Origin: an uncultured Gammaproteobacteria bacterium
GTDB lineage: Bacteria > Patescibacteriota > Microgenomatia > UBA12405 > UBA6130
Length of the DNA: 29,531 nt
Assembly: GCA_964537585.1 (NCBI GenBank)
Contig: CAZHZZ010000001.1
Span: 1-29,531 of the forward strand
Reading direction: 5' to 3'
In this document: in pieces, positions 7,546 to 15,213 of the stretch
Numbering within the stretch: position 1 is the first letter of the stretch
How the letters are laid out: each line of letters opens with the position of its first letter
The notes under the pieces: model-generated
Database searches by the model: none
What the model was told of the DNA's origin: nothing
What the model saw: the letters and a program-made list of their open reading frames with translations, nothing else
Program-made: the position numbers and the translations under genes

Positions 7546-8333
7546 TTTTCTAAAATACTGATCATGTCTTGATTAAAGGCGATAAGGGTGATTAATTGAG
7601 ACTCTAGGGCCTTGATTTTTGCTTCCAGCGACTGCCAATCCGCCTTAAGCCATTTCTTATTGGCTATTAATTCCCCTAGACTTGAAGACGACTCCTCCCA
7701 AGAATTAAGAGTGGTAGCAAGCTGAGAATTAACATCATTACTATACCGGACAAACTTTATGTCTCCGTCTCCCAGTTTATCTATCGCCATAAACAACAAT
7801 TTATAAGAGACTTCTCGGACTTCAAAAAAATGGAAGCCTAACCTGCCAAGATAGATATAATTTCTCGTCAGCCTAACTAGATTAGTTAAATATTTTTTTC
7901 TACCCTCAAGCTCAAGAGAAAGACCATCCAGATCTTTAATGGAATTTGCTGTCAACAACTTTTTTCTATTGTCTGCCAAAAAGTCAAGCTGGACATTAAT
8001 AAGATTTTCTACTGGCTCTTTGCTCATTTGGGCGGGTCGCTTGGAAAAAGACAAAGCATCTTTAAGTAAGAGAAGATAAGTCTTTAGCGTCTCATTCCTG
8101 GCCAGCAACACTTTCTTTTCCGCCTCTAGGGCTTTATTTTTACTAGCAAGATTGCGATGATTCCGGTAGTTCTGTTTTGCCTTTATATATTCATCGTGAT
8201 TTAAAGAATATTGATCAAGGACAAAAAGATAGTCAGAGCGCGTCTTATCCGCTCCCTGAGCGTGGATTAGAGCTTTTGGGTAAGTTACCCCTAGCCCTAC
8301 AAAAACAAAGATAAAAATCAGCGTCTTTTTCAT
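7542..8333 (-). CDS. Hypothetical exported helical/coiled-coil protein (263 aa)
   Basis: Signal peptide MKKTLIFIFVFVGLGV...IHA; helical heptad-like body; ATG 8333 preferred over TTG 8336. Confidence 0.8.
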   Translation of the reverse strand: MKKTLIFIFVFVGLGVTYPKALIHAQGADKTRSDYLFVLDQYSLNHDEYIKAKQNYRNHRNLASKNKALEAEKKVLLARNETLKTYLLLLKDALSFSKRPAQMSKEPVENLINVQLDFLADNRKKLLTANSIKDLDGLSLELEGRKKYLTNLVRLTRNYIYLGRLGFHFFEVREVSYKLLFMAIDKLGDGDIKFVRYSNDVNSQLATTLNSWEESSSSLGELIANKKWLKADWQSLEAKIKALESQLITLIAFNQDMISILEK

Positions 8334-8337
8334 CAAG

Positions 8338-8422
8338 TGCCGCAGAGAGGACTTGAACCTCCACGAGCATTAAACTCACACGGTCCTAAACCGTGCCTGT
8401 CTGCCAATTCCAGCACTGCGGC
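8338..8422 (-). tRNA. tRNA-Leu(TAG)
   Basis: GCCGCAG/CTGCGGC acceptor stem, CACGG-TTTAGGA-CCGTG anticodon arm, long variable arm, TTCAAGT T-loop, A73; CCA not encoded. Confidence 0.97.
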
Positions 8423-8433
8423 TATTTAAAATT

Positions 8434-8442
8434 ATTCTAACA
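8434..8442 (-). promoter_or_regulatory. Extended -10 for tRNA-Leu
   Basis: TGtTAGAAT ending 11 nt upstream of the tRNA 5' end. Confidence 0.6.
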
Positions 8443-8476
8443 TGTAGCTGGCAAAACATGGCAAGGGGAAAAAGAT

Positions 8477-9007
8477 TTACAGGGGAGAAATCTGTGTCAT
8501 GATTAAGGCAACGGATCGTCCCCAGTGGGTAGAAGGTGGTGCCCAAACAGGACCAATATCTCGAGGAGAAACCAGCCCCCTGTCATAGTAGCCTGTTCTT
8601 AACCCCCAATTTACCCAATCAATAGATTCGCGCCAGTTGGCAAACTCAATATGGCCACCGCCCCAGCCATAAGCATTATGACTACCCGAAATCATCACTC
8701 GACCAAATGAAGATTCTATCCCTGAAATAGCTGGCAATAATCGCCAGTCAACCCCCCAAAAATCAGCCTGGCGAATAAAAAACCAAGAATAGTCAGCCAA
8801 AGGAGAGTTCTGCCTGTTTAAATAAGAAAGGAGCTCTAAAAAACGCCCCTCTTCTGTCCAATCAACCTCTTTTGTTCGAGTAGATTTGAGGACAGCTGAC
8901 TGATCAGATAAATAGGTCGATGCCAACCCCTCCTTGCCAGCGACCAAAGAAGGGCAAGTAATAAACAATAAAAAAGATAATAACGCTGTTGTAAACAGGT
9001 TTTTCAT
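8477..9007 (-). CDS. Secreted lysozyme-fold (glucosaminidase/muramidase-like) protein, paralog 1 (176 aa)
   Basis: Signal peptide; NSPLADY...DWRLLPAISGIESSFG (catalytic Glu candidate)...HNAYGWG...F..W.E.I motifs. Confidence 0.8.
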   Translation of the reverse strand: MKNLFTTALLSFLLFITCPSLVAGKEGLASTYLSDQSAVLKSTRTKEVDWTEEGRFLELLSYLNRQNSPLADYSWFFIRQADFWGVDWRLLPAISGIESSFGRVMISGSHNAYGWGGGHIEFANWRESIDWVNWGLRTGYYDRGLVSPRDIGPVWAPPSTHWGRSVALIMTQISPL

Positions 9008-9034
9008 TTTTTAATTAACACTTTAAACTCAGGC

Positions 9035-9080
9035 AAAAAAAAATCCCAGAGTCCACCTCAAAATAAGGCAACCCCAGGAT
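9035..9080 (-). terminator. Hairpin plus U-tract in the leader of lysozyme-fold paralog 1
   Basis: Minus-strand ATCCTGGGGTTGCCTT-ATTTT-GAGGT(G)GACTCTGGGAT, 16 pairs including 6 G-U, followed by 8 more U. Confidence 0.65.
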
Positions 9081-9088
9081 CTAAAAGT

Positions 9089-9116
9089 ATTATAGCATAA
9101 ATTATAGTGTTGTCAA
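9089..9116 (-). promoter_or_regulatory. Consensus sigma70 promoter
   Basis: TTGACA-N16-TATAAT with TG extended -10 (TGcTATAAT); predicted TSS about 9082. Confidence 0.85.
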
Positions 9117-9308
9117 GTTTTTGTCATAAGTCTAGATTTTCAAGACAACAATTCCGGTAAATTACCTGACGGCAAACAAAATCTTTAACGAAGTAGAATC
9201 TATCAAGCCATCACTGCAAAAAACGTTTAGTATATGAATTATTAAGTAAACGAAGTTTAAAAAAAATACACTTATAGGTCTGTACAATAAACTTGCTGTG
9301 TTTTTTCT

Positions 9309-10088
9309 TTATCCGTCTTTTTTTAGAAGAAAAAAAATACTCGGGCCAAAATTAAAGAATGAAAACATCGATTGGGTGTGTTTTTCCATATAAATCAAAG
9401 CCTTCAGGGGAATTATTTTCTTCAATAAAGACCATCTAAAATTTGATACCGATCGCTTTTCTATCACCCTGAAGCCTTGTTTTTCCCCGGCTCTTTTTAC
9501 CTCCCGGGGAGAATAATTATAAAAAGAAATTACCTCTTCTTTTCTTCTGGCCATTGAGCGCCGATCAACTCGATCATGATTAAAATATCGCCAGCGACCC
9601 CTTATCAAATCGGCCACCACATGCTTAAAGCTGAATTTGTTGGGAACCTCCAAAATAAGCCAGCCACCAGGCACAAGTGATTGATAAACATTTTCCAGCG
9701 CCAACCGATAATCATCAAGGTGGTGCATCACTCTAACCATCACGGCAATATCAAAAAGCTTCTTCGGCCTAGCTAATCCTTCAATAAATCCCTGCTTATA
9801 GATAAAATTAGAATACCGCAATCTTTGCTTTCCTCTTTTTATTATCTTGCCGGAAGGCTCCAAGAGCATCGCCTCTTTAACTAAGGGAAGATAAACCTCT
9901 GCCAATCTACCGAACCCTGCTCCCACGTCTAACAATCTGGATTGAGAAAGCTTCTTGTTGCCCCCGGCAATACGGGCAAAAAAGCTATTCAAAACTAATT
10001 TTTCCGCCTCATGCTCATATTCACGTCCTTGCCAATAATTTTCATAATCAAATTCCGGATCGTCATAAAATGCCCTTGATGCTTTCAT
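9309..10088 (-). CDS. Class I SAM-dependent methyltransferase (259 aa)
   Basis: Motif I LLDVGAGFGR, LLEPS, FDIAVMVRVMHH, LVPGGWLILE; ATG 10088 forms an ATGA overlap with the upstream stop. Confidence 0.9.
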   Translation of the reverse strand: MKASRAFYDDPEFDYENYWQGREYEHEAEKLVLNSFFARIAGGNKKLSQSRLLDVGAGFGRLAEVYLPLVKEAMLLEPSGKIIKRGKQRLRYSNFIYKQGFIEGLARPKKLFDIAVMVRVMHHLDDYRLALENVYQSLVPGGWLILEVPNKFSFKHVVADLIRGRWRYFNHDRVDRRSMARRKEEVISFYNYSPREVKRAGEKQGFRVIEKRSVSNFRWSLLKKIIPLKALIYMEKHTQSMFSFFNFGPSIFFLLKKDG

Positions 10089-10720
10089 CGCCAATCCCCA
10101 TTACCCATTTCGTCCATAAACTGCCTTACTCCAAATGCCCAAGAACCATTAGACAACGGCGTATACTTTGCCATTATCTGCTCCGGAGTATCTAGTCCCT
10201 CATCAATATATTTTTCCTTTATGCCCTTGGCTACTGCCAAAATCGCCTCCTCGTAAGAAGAAAACCTTAGCGTCCCTCGACTATTAATTCCCCAACCCCA
10301 GCAATTATGAGAATTATCCGGTATCTTCTTGCAAAGATTAGATTCTTGTTGGGCAATAGCGACCAAAAGCCGGTAGTCCAAACCATACTGTTGGGAAATA
10401 GTAAAAATATAGTCGGCATAAGGGGTAAGGGGGGAGTTATAAGAAGACAAATACTCTTTTATAATCAATGGTCTCGAGTCACCGGCAACCACATAATCAT
10501 CAACCAAGATCGGCTCTTCTTCACTAAAAGAAAGAGGATAAGAATCAGGGCTTAAAAGAGAAGAGAAACCACTAAGACGGCTAACATCTGCTCTTGCCAA
10601 ATCCGTCTGATTGGTATTCCACGCCTCAAAAAGCAATAGCCATTCCGTCAAAATAAATAAAGGAAAAAGGAAGGCCGCCAGAAGAGCAAAAATGGTTCTC
10701 TTTTTATCTCCAATCATCAT
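10085..10720 (-). CDS. Membrane-anchored lysozyme-fold (glucosaminidase/muramidase-like) protein, paralog 2 (211 aa)
   Basis: N-terminal TM; NSPLTPY...DYRLLVAIAQQESNLC...HNCWGWG...FSSYEEAI; AAGGA SD-like element upstream. Confidence 0.82.
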   Translation of the reverse strand: MMIGDKKRTIFALLAAFLFPLFILTEWLLLFEAWNTNQTDLARADVSRLSGFSSLLSPDSYPLSFSEEEPILVDDYVVAGDSRPLIIKEYLSSYNSPLTPYADYIFTISQQYGLDYRLLVAIAQQESNLCKKIPDNSHNCWGWGINSRGTLRFSSYEEAILAVAKGIKEKYIDEGLDTPEQIMAKYTPLSNGSWAFGVRQFMDEMGNGDWR

Positions 10721-10782
10721 TCAATTAATCCTTTCATAATCAAAAAACAATGTCAACAGAAATAAAAACCCAAAATATGCAA

Positions 10783-10811
10783 TTGACTACAACCAATCCA
10801 TAGGATAAAAT
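10783..10811 (+). promoter_or_regulatory. Sigma70 promoter for tig
   Basis: TTGACT-N17-TAAAAT; ATG begins 7 nt after the -10. Confidence 0.85.
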
Positions 10812-10818
10812 ATCCTCA

Positions 10819-11679
10819 ATGAAAAACGCAGAATCTTCAAATTTAAAATGGTTGGACCAGTCCACCTTTGAACTTACTATTGCCATTCCCGCCAAAAAAA
10901 TCACCAAAGAGCGCCAGATTAGCCTAGAAAAATTGACAAAGCAGGTAAAAATAAAAGGATTCAGAAAAGGCAAAGCCCCCCTCAAAATGGCCGAAGAAGC
11001 AATTGAGAAAAACAAAATTTATGAAGACATTATCCAAAGACTTTTACCAGCCCTCTACTTGGAACAAATAAAAAAACATCAACTCAAGCCCATAACAAAC
11101 CCAAAATTTTCTTTAGTTTCTGCCGAAGAAGGGAAAGACTGGCAGGTAAAAGCGGTTGCTTACCAAAAGCCAAAAGTATCCCTGGGAAAATATAAAGAAA
11201 AAATTAAAAAAATCAATGCTAAGGAAAAAATCTGGGTTCCGGGTAAGGAAGAAAAAAAAGAAACGGATCAGAAAAAGCAAGAAAATAAAGAAAAAAGAAT
11301 GCAAAAAATAATCCAAACATTAATTGCAGAAGTTAAGGTAGAACTGCCTTCCGGCTTAGTTGAAGATGAGGTATCCAGAAAGCTTTCTCAATTAATCGAT
11401 CAACTTTCCAAGGCCAGCATATCTCTGGAAAATCATGCCGCTTCTTTAGGAAAAAACATTCCCCAAATCAGGGAAGAATATCGCCAACAAACAATCAATA
11501 CCTTGAAAATAGAATTCATCCTGGAGGCAGTTGCCGATAAAGAAAAAATTACCGTTGATAAAGAAGAACTAGAAAAACTTGCCAAAACAAACCAGCAAGC
11601 CGGTCAGCAAATCAACCAATATATGGTTGCCCACTTCTTAAGACAACAAAAAACAATTGAATACTTAGAAAGCCTGTAG
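10819..11679 (+). CDS. tig: Trigger factor, short form (286 aa)
   Basis: Ribosome-binding signature IKGFRKGKAP; C-terminal VELPSGLVEDEV and LEAVADKEKI; no FKBP segment. Confidence 0.9.
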   Translation: MKNAESSNLKWLDQSTFELTIAIPAKKITKERQISLEKLTKQVKIKGFRKGKAPLKMAEEAIEKNKIYEDIIQRLLPALYLEQIKKHQLKPITNPKFSLVSAEEGKDWQVKAVAYQKPKVSLGKYKEKIKKINAKEKIWVPGKEEKKETDQKKQENKEKRMQKIIQTLIAEVKVELPSGLVEDEVSRKLSQLIDQLSKASISLENHAASLGKNIPQIREEYRQQTINTLKIEFILEAVADKEKITVDKEELEKLAKTNQQAGQQINQYMVAHFLRQQKTIEYLESL

Positions 11680-11726
11680 TAAAATAAGATAAGTTTTAGT
11701 TACCTATTCGGATCCCAAAGAAATTA

Positions 11727-12254
11727 ATGCTTGTTTTTGGCAAAAAAAAAAATAATTTGCCTGCCTCACAAAAGGCATTTCCTGAGGATATTGATCAAAA
11801 ACCCTCTGAAAACCTTCTCGGTATTGCTGCGACTCAAAAAAAAGAGTTAGAGAAACGCTACCGCTGGCTCCAGCATAAAAATCGCCTGGAAAAAACAGCT
11901 ACCTCCATATATGACAGAAGGGAAAGGGAGAAAAGAGAAGAAATAAAGGCAATCCGCGAGGAAATTATTAAATTAGCTCAGGCAGTTGATAAACTTGACC
12001 ATCTTACCGGTGAAATCGATCAAGCGACAAAACAACCAACAATAAAACCAAGCTTATATGAGTTAAGTTTTTGGCAAAGATTACGACAAATGTTAAACAC
12101 AATAATAAAGGATGTCGAAAAGTCATCTCTATGGTTTCAGGAAAGCAATAGAAAGAGAAAAAAGAAAAACTTTTGGGGAATGGTTGATAGTAAAAAGGGG
12201 GGGGCTCAAGTTTTACTCTCTTCTGAACATTATGTTTCCCGGTCTACGGGATGA
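11727..12254 (+). CDS. Conserved hypothetical coiled-coil protein, DUF5660-like (175 aa)
   Basis: Charged helical body; C-terminal KKNFWGM...GAQVLLSSEHYVSRSTG resembles from memory a Microgenomates family (DUF5660); not verified. Confidence 0.6.
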   Translation: MLVFGKKKNNLPASQKAFPEDIDQKPSENLLGIAATQKKELEKRYRWLQHKNRLEKTATSIYDRREREKREEIKAIREEIIKLAQAVDKLDHLTGEIDQATKQPTIKPSLYELSFWQRLRQMLNTIIKDVEKSSLWFQESNRKRKKKNFWGMVDSKKGGAQVLLSSEHYVSRSTG

Positions 12255-12262
12255 TCTTTCCC

Positions 12263-12292
12263 TTGACAGTGGACAAAGAAAAACTCTACACT
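12263..12292 (+). promoter_or_regulatory. Sigma70 promoter for thrS
   Basis: TTGACA-N18-TACACT; ATG begins 8 nt after the -10. Confidence 0.75.
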
Positions 12293-12300
12293 AAAGCTCA

Positions 12301-14040
12301 ATGATATTCCAAAAACTTAATCACTCTAGCGCCCATGTCCTCGCCCAAGCAGTACTAAAACTTTACCCCGGGGCTAAACTAGCCATCGGCCCGGCTATAA
12401 AACAAGGGTTTTACTATGATTTTGAATTACCGGAAAATATTTCTGATAGCGACTTTAAGAAAATAGAAGAAGAGATGCAAAAAATAATAAACAAAGGGCT
12501 AAAATTCCAAAAAAAAGTTATCGCCCCCGAAGAAGCAGAAAAAATATTTACCAAACAACCATACAAACTAGAGCTTATTAAGGACGCAAAAAATAGAAAG
12601 GGGGAGAAAATCTCCATATATCAAACCGGTAATAACTTTACCGACCTCTGCAAGGGCCCCCATCTGGAAAATAGCCAACAAATAAAATCATTTAAACTTT
12701 TATCTATTGCCGGTGCTTATTGGAAGGGGAGTGAGAAGAATAAAATGCTCACCCGGATTTATGGCATTGCTTTTCCTAGTGAAAAAGAACTAAAAAAACA
12801 CCTTCGACAACTCAAGGAAGCGAAAAAATATGATCATAGAAAACTGGGAAAGAAACTTAAGCTCTTTACGTTTTCTCGCCTGGTTGGCAGCGGTCTGCCT
12901 CTTTATACCCCAAAAGGAGCTCTTATCAGAAGATTAATTAACGACCATATTGAAAAAATCCAGACAAAGCACGGATATCAACAGGTTTGGACTCCCCAGA
13001 TAGCCAAAAGTGAACTTTTTAAAATCTCTGGGCACTACGACAAATATAAAGACAACATGTTTAGGGTTATCTCTAATTACTCTCAGGAAAAATTCTTCCT
13101 AAAACCAATGAACTGTCCTCAACATACTCAGATTTATGCCAGCCAAATGAGAAGTTATCGAGATCTGCCCATACGTCTGACTGATTTTGCCATGCTCTAC
13201 CGAGACGAAAAGCCCGGAGAATTATCCGGTCTCGGTCGGGTTCGATCATTTTCTCAAGATGATAGTCATATTTTCTGTCGCGAAGATCAAATAGACGGAG
13301 AAATCGACAAGATTCTGGAGATGACAAAAAAAGTTATGAAAGTATATGGCTTTAAATACCGATACCGATTGTCTACAAGAGATAAGGCTCACCCGGAGAA
13401 TTATCTTGGCAGTCAGCAGACATGGGACAAGGTGGAAAAATGGGCAGAAAAAATCATGAAAAGAAACAAAATAGACTACTACGAAGGAAAAGGAGAAGCC
13501 GCCTTTTACGCTCCCAAGATGGACCTCATGGCTACCGATGCTTTGGGTAAGGAATGGCAGCTCTCAACCATTCAGATCGACTACGTTACCCCCCAAAGAT
13601 TTAAGCTTGTATATACTGATAAAGACGGATCGAAAAAACACCCGATAATGATTCATCGGGCCATCATCGGCTCTTCAGAAAGATTTATGATGATTATTCT
13701 GGAACATTTCGCCGGCGCTCTTCCTCCCTGGTTATCACCAATTCAGGCAATGGTCATGCCAATTAGTAATAAACAAGCCGATTGGGCCAATAAAGTTGTA
13801 GATAAAATCAAAAAAAACAATATCAGGGTCGAACTGAATAACGATAGCCAAACCATAAGCTACCGCATAAGACAAGCCCAGGAACAAAAAATTCCCTACA
13901 TGCTGATTGTGGGAGATAGGGAAAAAAAGGCAAAAGAGATTAGCCTTAGACTAAGAAACGGTCAAAACAAAGGAACCATGTCCTTGGAGAAATTCATAAA
14001 ATTAGCCAAAACACAAATTGATAAAAAGACTCCTCTATGA
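12301..14040 (+). CDS. thrS: Threonine--tRNA ligase (579 aa), lacking the N-terminal TGS domain
   Basis: HSSAHVLAQAV, DHRKLG, LKPMNCP, QDDSHIF, HRAIIGSSERF, QKIPYMLIVGDRE. Confidence 0.97.
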   Translation: MIFQKLNHSSAHVLAQAVLKLYPGAKLAIGPAIKQGFYYDFELPENISDSDFKKIEEEMQKIINKGLKFQKKVIAPEEAEKIFTKQPYKLELIKDAKNRKGEKISIYQTGNNFTDLCKGPHLENSQQIKSFKLLSIAGAYWKGSEKNKMLTRIYGIAFPSEKELKKHLRQLKEAKKYDHRKLGKKLKLFTFSRLVGSGLPLYTPKGALIRRLINDHIEKIQTKHGYQQVWTPQIAKSELFKISGHYDKYKDNMFRVISNYSQEKFFLKPMNCPQHTQIYASQMRSYRDLPIRLTDFAMLYRDEKPGELSGLGRVRSFSQDDSHIFCREDQIDGEIDKILEMTKKVMKVYGFKYRYRLSTRDKAHPENYLGSQQTWDKVEKWAEKIMKRNKIDYYEGKGEAAFYAPKMDLMATDALGKEWQLSTIQIDYVTPQRFKLVYTDKDGSKKHPIMIHRAIIGSSERFMMIILEHFAGALPPWLSPIQAMVMPISNKQADWANKVVDKIKKNNIRVELNNDSQTISYRIRQAQEQKIPYMLIVGDREKKAKEISLRLRNGQNKGTMSLEKFIKLAKTQIDKKTPL

Positions 14041-14046
14041 TATATT
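14018..14046 (+). promoter_or_regulatory. Internal promoter for infC overlapping the thrS 3' end
   Basis: TTGATA-N17-TATATT with TG extended -10 (TGaTATATT). Confidence 0.7.
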
Positions 14047-14062
14047 ATTTCATCATAATCAA

Positions 14063-14647
14063 GTGAGAAGGCGACAACCAAGGGTAAAAAAATCATTTTA
14101 CCGGACGAATTGGCAAATTAACGTCTCCCCAATCAGGCTCATTGATGACCAAGGCAAAATGGTAGGGGTCGTAAGCCTAGAGGAAGCGAGAAAAACGGCT
14201 AAAGAAAAACAATTAGACCTGGTAGAGATTGCTCCTCGAGCAAAACCTCCGGTTGTCAAGCTAATCGATTACGCCAAATTTAAATATCAAGAAGCAAAAA
14301 AACAAAAAGAAGACAGAAAAAAACGGAAAGCAATTGAGGATATGAAGGAAATCAGACTTTCGCCATTTATCGGCGACGCTGACTTCCAGGGCAGAATGGG
14401 ACGAGCCAAGGAATTTGCCCAAAAACAAGCTAGACTAAAGTTGGTGGTAAAATTTAAAGGACGTCAGATCACTAAAAAGCAGTTTGGTCATGAAATTTTA
14501 GACAAAGTCAAAGAAGAATTAATAGATCTTTACAAGCCAGAGGGGAATCCGAAAGTTATCGGAAAAAGAATGATTCTGGTCATGAACCCAATTAAACATG
14601 AAAAAGAAGAAGCAGAAAATAAGAAAATCGATCGCCAATCGATTTAA
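14063..14647 (+). CDS. infC: Translation initiation factor IF-3
   Basis: IRLIDDQG, LDLVEIAPRAKPPVVKLIDYAKFKYQ, KEIRLSP, FKGRQ; GTG 14063 preferred because the track start 14018 is the -35 box of its own promoter. Confidence 0.95.
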   Translation: MRRRQPRVKKSFYRTNWQINVSPIRLIDDQGKMVGVVSLEEARKTAKEKQLDLVEIAPRAKPPVVKLIDYAKFKYQEAKKQKEDRKKRKAIEDMKEIRLSPFIGDADFQGRMGRAKEFAQKQARLKLVVKFKGRQITKKQFGHEILDKVKEELIDLYKPEGNPKVIGKRMILVMNPIKHEKEEAENKKIDRQSI

Positions 14648-14798
14648 AATTACTAAGACGGGTAAGGTCCTTCATCGAGGGGCGTTTAACCGACACTTAA
14701 AAAGAAAAAAAAGTCATAAACAATTAAAAAGGCTAAAAAAACCGATGTTAGTCAAGGGGACAATGGCAAAAAAAATTAAAAAGGCTTTAGGAAAATAA
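14598..14798 (+). CDS. rpmI: 50S ribosomal protein L35
   Basis: KSIANRFKITKTGKV...RHL; canonical position between infC and rplT. Confidence 0.93.
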   Translation: MKKKKQKIRKSIANRFKITKTGKVLHRGAFNRHLKRKKSHKQLKRLKKPMLVKGTMAKKIKKALGK

Positions 14799-14809
14799 AA
14801 TAAAAAAAC

Positions 14810-15154
14810 ATGAGGGTCAAGACAGGCACCACCAGGAAAAACAGGCATAAAAAAACTCTGAAATTGGCTAAAGGCTACAGGATGACACGCCACCGATTAT
14901 TCAAATCGGCCCATGAGGCCGTGATGCATGCCGGTCAATACGCTTTTATAGGTCGAAAGCAAAGAAAACGCAACTTTAAGCGGTTATGGATTGCCAGAAT
15001 CAATGCCGCTGTCCGTCATCAGGGATTGGGCTATGCAGAATTTATGAATTTAGCCAAAAAGAAACAGATAACCATCAATAGAAAAATACTCGCTTACCTG
15101 GCCGTAAAAGAGCCGGGGGTTTTTGAGCAGATTGTAAAGTCGGTTAAAAAATAA
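14810..15154 (+). CDS. rplT: 50S ribosomal protein L20
   Basis: MRVKTG, LAKGY, RKQRKRNFKRLWIARINAA, INRKILAYLA. Confidence 0.97.
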   Translation: MRVKTGTTRKNRHKKTLKLAKGYRMTRHRLFKSAHEAVMHAGQYAFIGRKQRKRNFKRLWIARINAAVRHQGLGYAEFMNLAKKKQITINRKILAYLAVKEPGVFEQIVKSVKK

Positions 15155-15197
15155 AAAACCGTCTACCCCGAACCCCAAAACATTAAAATCAATCTTT

Positions 15198-15206
15198 TGC
15201 TAAAAT
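15198..15206 (+). promoter_or_regulatory. Extended -10 for pheS
   Basis: TGcTAAAAT; ATG begins 7 nt after it. Confidence 0.65.
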
Positions 15207-15213
15207 ATAGTCA

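Noticed and set aside
9161-9230. ggcaaac...gcaaa as a c-di-GMP-I riboswitch
   Set aside because: The required P2 stem with GNRA loop and the P1/P3 pairings are absent.
11742-11752. A11 tract near the start of the DUF5660-like gene as a phase-variation switch
   Set aside because: In frame (Lys-Lys-Lys-Asn) and A8-A10 runs are common in Lys-rich genes throughout the window; needs read-level length heterogeneity to reconsider.
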